NCBI GenBank assembly: GCA_965659285.1
Contig: CBFHWB010000004.1
Coordinates: forward strand, 1 to 59,753
Length of the DNA stretch: 59,753 nt
From: Planctomycetota bacterium
GTDB lineage: Bacteria > Planctomycetota > UBA8108
Reading direction: 5' to 3'
Shown: piece by piece, positions 1-10,528 of the stretch
Position numbering within the stretch: the first letter of the stretch is position 1
Layout: every line of letters begins with the position of its first letter
Position numbers and translations under genes: made by a program
Notes under the pieces: model-generated
Database searches by the model: none
What the model was told of the DNA's origin: nothing
Seen by the model: the letters and a program-made list of their open reading frames with translations, nothing else

Positions 1-277
1 CGAGCCGGCTGACGCGGAGCGTAGCGGTAAGGTGGCCACCAAGATGGTAAAGAACATCAAGTGGGTCGCCGGCAAGTTCTCCTCAAAACGCGTAGTCCTG
101 CATTATTTTGCTCACCTGGGGCGGGAGAGCGCGGATGCCGAGCTCGCCCGGGAACTGGTCGAGTCGGTTGCGGAGCGACTTCGCGGGGTGGATTACGACG
201 TTACGGTGACTCCCTACGGCTATTTTACCGAGTTCAAGCTTCATGTGGACCGGGAGGCCGCTTTTTTTGAATGCTGA
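1..277 (+). CDS. Threonyl-tRNA synthetase editing-domain protein (archaeal-type tRNA-Thr_ED fold), 5'-partial
   Basis: The frame is open from base 2 (EPADAERSGKVATKMVKNIKW...). Motifs VVLHYFAHL and TPYGYFTEFKLHV resemble the archaeal ThrRS editing domain (YPYAHLS...APFGWYK). No catalytic ThrRS core follows. The C-terminal end looks atypical. Confidence 0.7.
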   Translation, partial: EPADAERSGKVATKMVKNIKWVAGKFSSKRVVLHYFAHLGRESADAELARELVESVAERLRGVDYDVTVTPYGYFTEFKLHVDREAAFFEC

Positions 278-285
278 GAGGCGTC

Positions 286-477
286 CTATTCCTTGGCGGC
301 CTCGGCTTTTTCTTCTTCGGCTGCGGGAGCCGCGGGAGCCGCTTCAGCTGCGGGAGCCGCCTCGGCTCCGCCGCCGAGAGCTGTCTGGACTACCGTGACG
401 GGAAGAGCGCAGCTTGACAGGCAGATACTGCCAATAGCCAGGGCGATAACAAGTTGCAATGCGATGAATTTTCTCAT
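286..477 (-). CDS. Small lipoprotein with Ala/Glu/Pro-rich tail
   Basis: AAGGAG RBS upstream of ATG at 477. MRKFIALQLVIALAIGSICLSSC is a signal peptide with lipobox LSSC, followed by the tail AEAAPAAEAAPAAPAAEEEK. Confidence 0.6.
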   Translation of the reverse strand: MRKFIALQLVIALAIGSICLSSCALPVTVVQTALGGGAEAAPAAEAAPAAPAAEEEKAEAAKE

Positions 478-670
478 GCGGGGACTCCTTGGGTAAAAAA
501 ACGGTTTCAGATTGTACTGCAGATCCTGGCAACCCGTAGCAGTCGGGGATGCAGAATCTGTATTTCGTTCCTCGAATAGAAACTGAATGTTAACTGAAGA
601 TAAAGGCGGATGGAAATTGGAAAGGTCGGCATCCGAAGATTGCCCAGGCTTGCCGGCTGCCCGAGAGGAC

Positions 671-1063
671 TCATTTCCGGTTTTCACCAGCTTCTTCCAC
701 CCGTCGGAGTATGACCTCTGCAAGGCGGCTGTCAGCTCCAAGGGGAGCGCTGACCTTGAGGAGGACTCCGTCATGCTGTTCAGCCGCCTGTAGAGCCATG
801 CGGGGGATGTCCCCGGTGGAGTGGCGGCCGGGCGCCAGCATATAGGGCATGACCGTGATGTCGGTAGCGCCGGCCCTGACGCAGGCGGCGACCCCGGTGG
901 CGATATCAGGCGGCGCGAGCTCCATATGGGCCGCCTCGACGTGATAGCCCGGAGCGATCCCGGCCACGAGGCGGGCGATCTCTTCCAGCAACTCGTTGGC
1001 CTCGGCCTTCACGCTTCCATGATCCACCAGGAGAATGGCTTTTCCAGGAGCTGACTGGTTCAT
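671..1063 (-). CDS. Short CbiX/SirB-type sirohydrochlorin chelatase
   Basis: LLVDHGS, HMELAPP and PYMLAPGRH motifs with both metal-binding His; single domain of 130 aa. Confidence 0.85.
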   Translation of the reverse strand: MNQSAPGKAILLVDHGSVKAEANELLEEIARLVAGIAPGYHVEAAHMELAPPDIATGVAACVRAGATDITVMPYMLAPGRHSTGDIPRMALQAAEQHDGVLLKVSAPLGADSRLAEVILRRVEEAGENRK

Positions 1064-1099
1064 GGCCGCCAGGCCGCTGGAGGGAAGAAGTACGGCATC

Positions 1100-1744
1100 T
1101 CAGCGAACGGCAACCAACTCAACCTCGAAGATGACATAGGAGTTGGGAGGGATCCCCATCTTCTTATTGCCGGCACGTCCGTATCCGAGCCTGGGAGGAA
1201 TGATGAGCTTGCGTTTGCCGCCGACCTTCATGCTGGAGAGGCCTTCTTCCCAGCCGCGCAGGAAGCGCCCCGCGCCCAGCATGCATTCGAGAGGGTCTTC
1301 TTTTTTGTGGGAGTCGTCAAAGACGGTCTCGTTGGCGAGTTTTCCGACATAGCGCACCACCGCGGTCTGGCCGCGCTTGGGAGACTTTCCAGCCCCCGTG
1401 ATGAGATCGACGTAGCGAAGACCTGTCGGGGTGGTGACGACATTCTTGTCTTTTACAATGTAGACCGGCTCGGGGGGAGGCTGGATGGCGGGTCGTACCG
1501 GCTCAATCGGCGCCGATTTCGGCTGGGCCGCTTTTCGCCCCTCTGAGTTCGTCCCTGCGATGACAGCGCCGACTTTCGCCGGCGGCAGAGCATCCTGCCC
1601 AGTTGGTTGTGAAGCCGCGGCAGGCGAGTTGCCGGCCGGGTTGGGAGGCTGTTTCGCTCCGCCGGCATGGTCTTCGTTCGAAGACCCGCCGCAGGCTGAA
1701 AGGAAAAAGGCGAAGGCACAGGCGACGATAGATCTGCTGCTCAT
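1100..1744 (-). CDS. FKBP-type peptidyl-prolyl cis-trans isomerase, lipoprotein
   Basis: Lipobox LSAC, Pro/Ala linker, then an FKBP domain (GLRYVDL, YVGKL, FDDS, GWEEGLSSMKVGGKRKLIIPPRLGYG, IFEVEL). The AGAGGAG RBS fits ATG 1744. Confidence 0.92.
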   Translation of the reverse strand: MSSRSIVACAFAFFLSACGGSSNEDHAGGAKQPPNPAGNSPAAASQPTGQDALPPAKVGAVIAGTNSEGRKAAQPKSAPIEPVRPAIQPPPEPVYIVKDKNVVTTPTGLRYVDLITGAGKSPKRGQTAVVRYVGKLANETVFDDSHKKEDPLECMLGAGRFLRGWEEGLSSMKVGGKRKLIIPPRLGYGRAGNKKMGIPPNSYVIFEVELVAVR

Positions 1745-1993
1745 CACGGTCACTCCTCTTTTCTATGGCTCTTCCGGCTCCTGGAGCCCCCAGTCACCGG
1801 CGCAGTCACGCTCTCCAGAATGCTTTACTTCAGTGAAGGTAACATCAAAGGCCGCACAATTACAGGATAGGCTGGGCAGGTTCACGGTTTTCAATTGCCT
1901 GAATCTTTGCCCGCATGGTCCGAGGCTGTTTATAATAAAAGGGTCGCAGTTGACTGGGAATTTTATTCACTGGAACCAACCTGGAATCGAGAC

Positions 1994-3763
1994 ATGAATC
2001 CCGTCTTGAAGAAACTGACCAACTCTTTTTTCTGCCTTTCACTCTCCGCGCTCTGTATCCCGACGATCCGGGCCGCGGAGGAATGGGAGATCGTTCTAAG
2101 GACGAATATCACCTCGGAGTACAGCAAGACTCGCCGTGATTCGCTCAAGCAGGTCGACACCTCGACCACCAAGGGGCTCAAGGCGATCTGGAATGTTCTC
2201 GAGAAGATCGCGCCGCGCGATCCGCTGCGCTACGACTGGTTTGTCAAGCAGGGCGCCTACGAGGCCCTGATGGCCGCCGAGGGCGATTACGCGCAGAAGG
2301 AGATCATGCGGATTCTCAAGGGCAGCAAGTACGAGAATTCCAAGGAGGCGATCATTCATTCGCTGATCTACAAGATCCGCCAGCAGTTCGAGAAAGACAA
2401 GGGGGGCAACGAGGAGCGCAAGGTCGAACATTACAAGGAGCTTCTTCGCCGCCAGCGGGGCATTCAGTATTTCGCCCTGGTGCTTCCGAGTATTCGCAAA
2501 CACGACCCCGAGAAGAAGAAGTTCGAGTGGATCACGACAGCCTTCGCCGATTCAAGCAGCAGGGTTCGCAACGCCGCAATCGAGGGCATGTTGGCCTACC
2601 CCGACAAGTCGAGCATCAAGCTGCTGCTCGACAACCTGCGCAAGCTGGAGAAGAAGAAGGCCAAGTATTACGAGGAGTGGGTGCAGACTCGGTACGCGCT
2701 CGAGACGCTCACCGGGCAGTACTATCGCGACAATGTCGATGACTGGTTCAAGTGGTGGGACGCGGTCAAGGATCAGTTCTCGCTCGAGAAACGGATCGAA
2801 GAGGAGGCCCCCGACCCGGAGAACCTTGGCGCGGAGGGCCGCAGGACCAAGGTGGTTCGAAGCGGTGGTGTCGAGGTGACCGTCAACATGAAGGTCGCCG
2901 GCAACAAGGATGGCTATCCCCTGCTGGCGCTGCCCAAGCGCGGCTACAGTCCGGATTACTTCAGGCCTTCTTTTCACGGTGTCGAGGAGTTCTGCCGGGT
3001 CTACTACATCCAGATGCCCAGGATCCAGGACTTCAAGGGACTCGCCCGGACGGCCACGGGCAACTTCGTGATCTATCCGACCGAGATTCTCGCCGGAGCC
3101 CTGGCGGAGTTGATGAAGGGCAGCGGCCTTGATGAGTTCGCGATTTTCGCCCATGGCAAGGATGCCGCCACCCTCGGAATGTACATCACCTCGAAATTTC
3201 CCTCGGCGGTGACGCGCCTGATCATGGTCAACCCCGCCTCGGCCGGGTCGGAATACAACAAGGCGATCAAGAACGTCGAGCGCGAGGGCCGCAGACGCAA
3301 GAACCCCGAGGTCTACAACGGCGCCAATAGCATCATCATCGACCGCTCCACCGGCAAGCCGACCTATGAAGCCCAGGATGATGCGGAGAGCGGCGGCCTG
3401 CAGCGGGCGATTGGCAATCTCACCTTCGCGAACCCTTCCAGTCCCAGGATCGGTGTCTCGCGCTATCTCAATTCGATCGCGGGTGATCCGCAGGTCATGA
3501 ACGACAGCAAGTGGAGCATGAAGACCATCTTCAAGGGGAAGGCCCCCCGGATTCCCGTGATGGTGATGATCGGCCAGCTCGATGCGTGGACCCCGATCGC
3601 CGACGTCACCAAGGTCACGAAGTTCTTCAGCCGTTGCTACTCCTCCAAGTTCGCGAGGTCGGGATCCTACCCGTTCTGGTCGGACCCCTACCGCTTCACC
3701 AAGGAGATGGAGAAGATGCTGGGCAAGGCGAAGACGCGCGCGAGCAGGAAAAAGAAGAAGTAG
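1994..3763 (+). CDS. Secreted HEAT/armadillo-like repeat plus alpha/beta-hydrolase-fold protein (probably non-catalytic)
   Basis: Signal-peptide-like N-terminus. HEAT-like segments (DSSSRVRNAAIEGML, ALETLTGQ...WFKWW). The C-terminal half resembles proline-iminopeptidase-like hydrolases (GYPLLAL, VTRLIMVNP, IPVMVMIGQLD, SGSYPF). Confidence 0.65.
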   Translation: MNPVLKKLTNSFFCLSLSALCIPTIRAAEEWEIVLRTNITSEYSKTRRDSLKQVDTSTTKGLKAIWNVLEKIAPRDPLRYDWFVKQGAYEALMAAEGDYAQKEIMRILKGSKYENSKEAIIHSLIYKIRQQFEKDKGGNEERKVEHYKELLRRQRGIQYFALVLPSIRKHDPEKKKFEWITTAFADSSSRVRNAAIEGMLAYPDKSSIKLLLDNLRKLEKKKAKYYEEWVQTRYALETLTGQYYRDNVDDWFKWWDAVKDQFSLEKRIEEEAPDPENLGAEGRRTKVVRSGGVEVTVNMKVAGNKDGYPLLALPKRGYSPDYFRPSFHGVEEFCRVYYIQMPRIQDFKGLARTATGNFVIYPTEILAGALAELMKGSGLDEFAIFAHGKDAATLGMYITSKFPSAVTRLIMVNPASAGSEYNKAIKNVEREGRRRKNPEVYNGANSIIIDRSTGKPTYEAQDDAESGGLQRAIGNLTFANPSSPRIGVSRYLNSIAGDPQVMNDSKWSMKTIFKGKAPRIPVMVMIGQLDAWTPIADVTKVTKFFSRCYSSKFARSGSYPFWSDPYRFTKEMEKMLGKAKTRASRKKKK

Positions 3764-3766
3764 CCC

Positions 3767-4636
3767 CTATTTCGTGGCGATCTGCCTGGTGTCGAGCTTA
3801 CGGATATAGCTCTTCCAGCCCGCCTCGATTCTTTTCAGGTTCTTCAGCTTTTTGCCGAAGAGCTTGGCGTTGGCCGCCTCCGAATCGCCGGTCTTCTTGA
3901 GCTCCTTCATGTAGTTCAGGGCGGCCTTTCCACGCGAGAGCTGCATGAAGTAGAACATCACGGCGAAGGACTGGCTGTAGTAGAGCGACTCATTCTCCTT
4001 GTCGTGGAACTCTTCGTGGGTGACCTTGAGAAGGGTCTCGAGCGGGATCTGCGTCCGGGTGTTGATCGCGTCCTTCACCATGCGGATCTTGCCGCGCTTG
4101 ATGAGCTTGGAGTTGAGCGCCTTGGTCTTGCTCTTTTCGTCGCGCTGCATTCCCTCGAAGTAGACGGCCATGCCCTCGTTGAACCAGATCGGGGTCCTCA
4201 CATCGCCGACAAAGGCGTGCAGGTACTGGTGGAAGGCCTCGTGGTAGACGACCGGAACGAGTTCGTAGAAGGGCATCTGCTTGATGACGAGGTAGCCGCT
4301 GCCGGGATTGTAGAAGCCCGCCATTCTCGGATCGCCGCCGACCTGCTCGTAGGTGTTCTCCGAGTCCATGAAACGGACGAGCATCTTCTTCGATGGCTTG
4401 AAGCGGAAGAGCGCCTTGTACTGCAGCTGGATGTCCTCGAGTTCCTGGCCGATTTTGTGGGCGGTCTGGACCGGGATGGCCCCTTCGTATTCGATCTTGT
4501 AGTTCTTGGTGTTGAGTTCGGACCAGGTGATCTTGATCTTTCCACGGGCCTTACCGATTCTTTCCTGGGCCGGGAGAGCCGGGCAGAGGCCGGCGACCGA
4601 AAAGATCAGCAGAAAAAGCGTGCTGGGACGAAACAT
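3767..4636 (-). CDS. Secreted DUF1570/peptidase MA-like zinc metallopeptidase
   Basis: Signal peptide; HEAFHQ followed by PIWFNEGMAVYFE (gluzincin third ligand); YYSQS motif. Confidence 0.75.
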   Translation of the reverse strand: MFRPSTLFLLIFSVAGLCPALPAQERIGKARGKIKITWSELNTKNYKIEYEGAIPVQTAHKIGQELEDIQLQYKALFRFKPSKKMLVRFMDSENTYEQVGGDPRMAGFYNPGSGYLVIKQMPFYELVPVVYHEAFHQYLHAFVGDVRTPIWFNEGMAVYFEGMQRDEKSKTKALNSKLIKRGKIRMVKDAINTRTQIPLETLLKVTHEEFHDKENESLYYSQSFAVMFYFMQLSRGKAALNYMKELKKTGDSEAANAKLFGKKLKNLKRIEAGWKSYIRKLDTRQIATK

Positions 4637-4815
4637 GGGTTTTCACTCCTGAGAAAGGGCTCTATAGGCCGTTTTTTAGTGTATTCAACTTCCGGATAAT
4701 TTACAGATCGCCTTCGGTTCTCACGTCGAGTCTCGAGGCTGAAATTTTTCTTCCGGTCGATGACTGAAGTTTCACCTTCTTGGGGTTAGTATATTCGCCG
4801 AATGGAGGTGATGAC

Positions 4816-5604
4816 TTGAGAAACTTGAGGAGCTTCGTGGTTTCTTTGCCGCGTTGGAAACAGGTTCTCTGCTCTTTTGCGGCGGTATTGTTGCTTGTTG
4901 GCGTGGGCATGCAGAGTGTTCTCCTGGTGAGGGACGGCCTTCTCTCTCCCCAGACGGGCTCGACTACCCGGATGCTGAATCCCGCGCCGGGGGGCAAAGG
5001 GCCGGAAGCGCCCGATGCATCCGTTGAGCCTCGCGAGGCTCCGCCGAAGACGAAGACCACCCCCGCGGGAGTCGAAGCCGGGGAGCCCGGAGAGAAGAGC
5101 GGTCCGGATGCGGCTTCCGAGACTCCGGGTACGGACGGTCGCCAGCCCCAGTCGGCGCTGGTGGAACCCGCGGCCGCCTCGAGTCCCCGTACCAGTTCCC
5201 GTACGAGCAACGATCAGAACACTCCGGCCGCGGCGACTGAGGCTTCTTCGTCGGCTCCTTCACCTGCTTCTTCACCGGGCCTCGATGAAGATCTCCTGAA
5301 GGAGTGGTCGCCCGCGTTTCTCAAGGGCGGGCTGGGTTTCTTTGTCGCCTTCCTGATCGGTTTCGCCCTGCAGGCCTTTGCCCGGCTGTTCGCTCTCTTC
5401 CTCGGGCTCTTCTGCCTCGGGGTCCTGAGCCTCGCGTCTCTTGGCTGGATCACCATCGAGTGGCAGGTCGCGCAGCAGCAGTTCCAGGCTCTTCCGGGTG
5501 TCCTGGCTACCCAGTTTTCAGGTTTCCAGTCCTTTCTCCAGGGAGCCCTTCCCTCCATCGGGATGGCGGGCCTCGGACTTTTCGCCGGTCTGAAAAAGAA
5601 GTAG
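4816..5604 (+). CDS. FUN14-domain membrane protein with N-terminal TM and low-complexity linker
   Basis: GGAGGT RBS before TTG 4816. The C-terminal GGLGFF...IGFAL...LASLGWITIEW...GLFAGLKKK pattern matches the FUN14 family. Confidence 0.7.
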   Translation: MRNLRSFVVSLPRWKQVLCSFAAVLLLVGVGMQSVLLVRDGLLSPQTGSTTRMLNPAPGGKGPEAPDASVEPREAPPKTKTTPAGVEAGEPGEKSGPDAASETPGTDGRQPQSALVEPAAASSPRTSSRTSNDQNTPAAATEASSSAPSPASSPGLDEDLLKEWSPAFLKGGLGFFVAFLIGFALQAFARLFALFLGLFCLGVLSLASLGWITIEWQVAQQQFQALPGVLATQFSGFQSFLQGALPSIGMAGLGLFAGLKKK

Positions 5605-5614
5605 TTTTGTCTGG

Positions 5615-5643
5615 TTGACATTGTCATAACCCTGATTTAGATT
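5615..5643 (+). promoter_or_regulatory. Sigma70-type promoter of the atp operon
   Basis: TTGACA (5615-5620), 17 nt spacer, TAGATT (5638-5643), directly upstream of the first atp gene. Confidence 0.7.
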
Positions 5644-5654
5644 CCTCACTTCCA

Positions 5655-5945
5655 TTGCAAGATGACGAGCAAAAACCAGGACGAGAAGGCTACGCTAAGT
5701 ATCTCCGTCACAGCCATATAGGGTTGCAGTTTATCCTCCCTGTCGGGCTATTTACCTGGGGCGGGATCTGGCTCGGCCGGAAGCTTGACCTGGAAGTGCT
5801 TTTCGTCCTGCTTGGGCTTGCCCTGGGTTTTGCCGTCGGGTTCTGGTCTTTGTACAAAGAGCTCTACGGTTTCGGGCCCGGCGCCGAGGGGTCTGACGAG
5901 GATTCCAACGGCGACAGGCAGGAAACGGAAGAAACGGAACGGTGA
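5655..5945 (+). CDS. AtpZ/ATPase_gene1 family protein
   Basis: Two TM helices (IGLQF...GGIWLGRKLD...GLALGFAVGF); first gene of the atp operon. Confidence 0.8.
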   Translation: MQDDEQKPGREGYAKYLRHSHIGLQFILPVGLFTWGGIWLGRKLDLEVLFVLLGLALGFAVGFWSLYKELYGFGPGAEGSDEDSNGDRQETEETER

Positions 5946-6033
5946 ATCTTCTGGTTGTGCGAGATTTTTGAGGAATGAGGAAGACGGAGGCCCGGCGAGT
6001 TTTGAATTCGGCCGGACCTGAGGAAACCCTGAG

Positions 6034-6438
6034 ATGAGACGCGTACCCGTTTATCTTTTATTGGTTCTGGTGGCAGGCATCTCGGCCTTGCTGTGCCATC
6101 AATTCAAAGGGTCCGAAGGTCTTGTGGCCTCAGCAGTTGGAATCGCCCTTGGAATCGTCCTCGTTGCCGGAAGTCATTTCCTTACAAAGCTTTCCGCTGT
6201 ACTCGATGGAACAAAGATGCTGGTCGCCTTCTACGGCAGCTTGCTCTGGAGCTTCGGGGTGGTCATTGTTGCCGTGGTCGTGGTGAACGCCCTCTACCCG
6301 GAATTGACCGGCTCGGTCGTGCTTCCCGCGCTCAGCTTTTACCTTGTCTATCGATTTGATAGCACTATTCGTTCCTGGGTTGCGACCTCAAAAACGGGCG
6401 CAATAGCAGAGGCTCCTGCAGGGAGGACCGAGTCATGA
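6034..6438 (+). CDS. ATP synthase protein I-like membrane protein
   Basis: About four TM helices; overlaps the atpB start (ATGA); position typical of atpI. Confidence 0.6.
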   Translation: MRRVPVYLLLVLVAGISALLCHQFKGSEGLVASAVGIALGIVLVAGSHFLTKLSAVLDGTKMLVAFYGSLLWSFGVVIVAVVVVNALYPELTGSVVLPALSFYLVYRFDSTIRSWVATSKTGAIAEAPAGRTES

Positions 6439-7283
6439 CTTCCGGTTTCAACCTGCTGGCCGCCTCAAATCCGATGGACCACATCTCCGATGCGCCGCTC
6501 TTTGATGGGCTGGTGAGCAAGGGAAGCTGGCTCTATGGAATCAGTGAACATCTCTACGGCCTGGGGATTACCAAGCAGGTGGCGCTGTTCTTCATTGCCG
6601 GGCTCCTGACGGTTATTTTCTTCTGGTCCTATGTTCGCCAGATCAAGAGAGACCCCGATGCGCTGCCCGGTCGCTGGGGAAATTTCGTTGAGACCATTCT
6701 TGATACACTCCGCGACCAGTTGGTCCTGCCCTTCATGGGGGAATCAGGGCTGAAGTTTCTGCCGATTCTCGCAACCTTCTTCGTTTACATCCTGATCTGC
6801 AACCTCATCGGATTGATTCCCATGCTCGACTGGGCAGGACATGGAGGGAATACTTCGACAGCAAATCCCTATATCACCGTGGCCCTGGCGGTTTGCGCGT
6901 TTCTTCTCTACCACGGGATCGGCCTCAGGGAACAGGGAAACATTTTTACCTATATCAAGAACCTGTTTCCGCACGTTCCGGTGGTGATCCTGCCCCTGAT
7001 CATCGTGATTGAGATCGCGTCACACATCATCAGGCCCTGTGCCCTTGCTATCCGTCTCTGTGCGAATATGGTAGCCGGACACGTCATGGTAGCGGTGCTG
7101 CTTGGTTTCACCGCCACACTGACTGCGGAGACTCTTATTAGCGGCGGGTTAATTTCTATTGTCAGTGTTGCCGCTGTTACGGCTTTGACTTTTCTCGAAT
7201 TGCTTGTAGCTCTGATACAGGCCTTTGTATTTACGTTCCTGACTACTGTTTTCCTGTCGATGGCGGTTCATCCGGAGCACTGA
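6435..7283 (+). CDS. atpB: Fo ATP synthase subunit a
   Basis: NLIGLIP; RPCALAIRLCANMVAGH containing the essential Arg; LELLVALIQAFVFTFL. Confidence 0.97.
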   Translation: MTSGFNLLAASNPMDHISDAPLFDGLVSKGSWLYGISEHLYGLGITKQVALFFIAGLLTVIFFWSYVRQIKRDPDALPGRWGNFVETILDTLRDQLVLPFMGESGLKFLPILATFFVYILICNLIGLIPMLDWAGHGGNTSTANPYITVALAVCAFLLYHGIGLREQGNIFTYIKNLFPHVPVVILPLIIVIEIASHIIRPCALAIRLCANMVAGHVMVAVLLGFTATLTAETLISGGLISIVSVAAVTALTFLELLVALIQAFVFTFLTTVFLSMAVHPEH

Positions 7284-7342
7284 GGTTCCGGTCGGGCGCT
7301 ATTCGATTTGATTGATTCATCCAAGAAAGGAGTTGTCCTAAA

Positions 7343-7615
7343 ATGGGCATGCCGATTGAATTTTTAAACGTATTTTCTAGCTTTCTCGCTCAGGCTGATG
7401 GAACACCGAAGGGGCTCTACGCCGCGATTGGTGCGGGGCTTGCAGCGATTGGTGTCGGAATGGGTATTGGTAAACTCGCTGCCAGCTCGGTTGAGAGTAT
7501 GGCTCGCCAGCCCGATTCATCCAAGGATATCCGTGGCGCCATGATCCTTACCGCCGCCTTTATCGAGGGTGTAGGACTGTTCGCCGTTGTCGTTGCGCTT
7601 CTTTCCACGCTGTAG
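7343..7615 (+). CDS. atpE: Fo ATP synthase subunit c (H+-type signature)
   Basis: GxGxGxG, ARQP loop, IEG carboxylate. Lacks the Q...ES Na+-binding signature. Confidence 0.97.
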   Translation: MGMPIEFLNVFSSFLAQADGTPKGLYAAIGAGLAAIGVGMGIGKLAASSVESMARQPDSSKDIRGAMILTAAFIEGVGLFAVVVALLSTL

Positions 7616-7657
7616 GTCTGGTTGCGAACGGAAGCATATTCCAGGAGATTTAAAAGC

Positions 7658-8236
7658 ATGTTGTCCAGGACCCTTCGAGGGGTGGTTTTTGCTTTTGGGC
7701 TGTTATCGCCGGCGTTTCTTTTCGCTGCGGATACAGCGGATAACGGTGAGGCTCCCAAGCAACTGGTTCCACCGACTGTCTGGGCTGTTATTTCTTTCGC
7801 AGTCGTCCTCTTCATTCTCTGGAAGAAGCTGATACCGGTTATCACCGGGGCGATGGACGATCGGGCCGAGAAGATCCGCGAGGCCCTGGAGGCCGCCGAC
7901 CAGGCCAAGGCTGATGCCGAGGCCGCCATGGCGACCCACCAGGGCAATCTCGAGACCGCGCGGCAGGAGTCGCGCGCGATCATCGAGGAAGGCAAGCGGG
8001 ATGCGGAGAAGGTCAAGGCGCAGATCGTCGAAGATGCGAATCGGGAGGCCGGAGAGATCTCCCAGCGGGCTACGCGTGAGATCGAGCTGGCCAAGGAGTC
8101 GGCTCTCGCTGATCTGCATCAGCAGAGCGTCGACCTGTCGATCGATCTCGCCGGCAAGCTGATTCACAAGAACCTGAGCGCGGAAGACAACCAGGCGCTG
8201 ATCGATGAGACCGTAAAGGGTTTCAGCGACAACTGA
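7658..8236 (+). CDS. atpF: Fo ATP synthase subunit b
   Basis: AGGAG RBS; TM segment, then coiled coil (DDRAEKIREAL...IELAKESA). Confidence 0.95.
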   Translation: MLSRTLRGVVFAFGLLSPAFLFAADTADNGEAPKQLVPPTVWAVISFAVVLFILWKKLIPVITGAMDDRAEKIREALEAADQAKADAEAAMATHQGNLETARQESRAIIEEGKRDAEKVKAQIVEDANREAGEISQRATREIELAKESALADLHQQSVDLSIDLAGKLIHKNLSAEDNQALIDETVKGFSDN

Positions 8237-8270
8237 GCTGACTGAAATCTGAGAGTTTGAGCTATCAAGA

Positions 8271-8829
8271 ATGCTGATTGAAAAGATCCCAGCCCTGTAC
8301 GGAAAGGCCCTCCTCGAGGCGGCGGCTGATGCCGATGTCCTTGAGGATGTCGCCGCCGAGGTCTCGTTCGTCGGCGGCCTCCTCGGTGAGGATGCCGATC
8401 TCAGGCTCTTTGTCGAGAGCCCGAGCATCGAGTCCGCTCAGAAGAGAGAGGTCTTCGAGAAGACCTTCCGCGGCAAGGCGACGGATACCTTTATCAATTT
8501 TCTGCTGCTCCTGGTTGACAAGGGGCGGGAGGCCGAATTGGAGGCGATCCTCGCCGCCTTCGGAGCGTTTCATGATGAGCATGTCGGCCTGGTTCGCGTC
8601 GAGGTTGCCTCGGTGGAGCAACTCGCCGAGGAAGAGACAGACAAGCTGGCCGCGGCGATCGGGGCCAGCATCGACAAACAGGTTATCGTGAGTAATAAGG
8701 TAGACCCCGAAATGATTGGGGGAGTCATCGTACGTTACCAGGGAATGGTGGCAGACGGCAGTCTCAGGACTGCGCTCAAGGAGCTGCGCTCCGAGATGCT
8801 GTCCCCCAAGTTCGAGAGCGAGTTAGTCC

Positions 8830-8840
<11 letters not shown>
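8271..8840 (+). CDS. atpH: F1 ATP synthase subunit delta
   Basis: [26 protein letters not shown]...DGSLR. Confidence 0.95.
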
Positions 8841-10515
<1,675 letters not shown>

Positions 10516-10528
10516 GGATTACTGAGCT

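Noticed and set aside
272-277. TGC-TGA (Cys-Sec?) at the end of the first ORF
   Set aside because: Read-through runs antisense to the lipoprotein gene, there is no SECIS-like hairpin at the right spacing, and this family is not a known selenoprotein.
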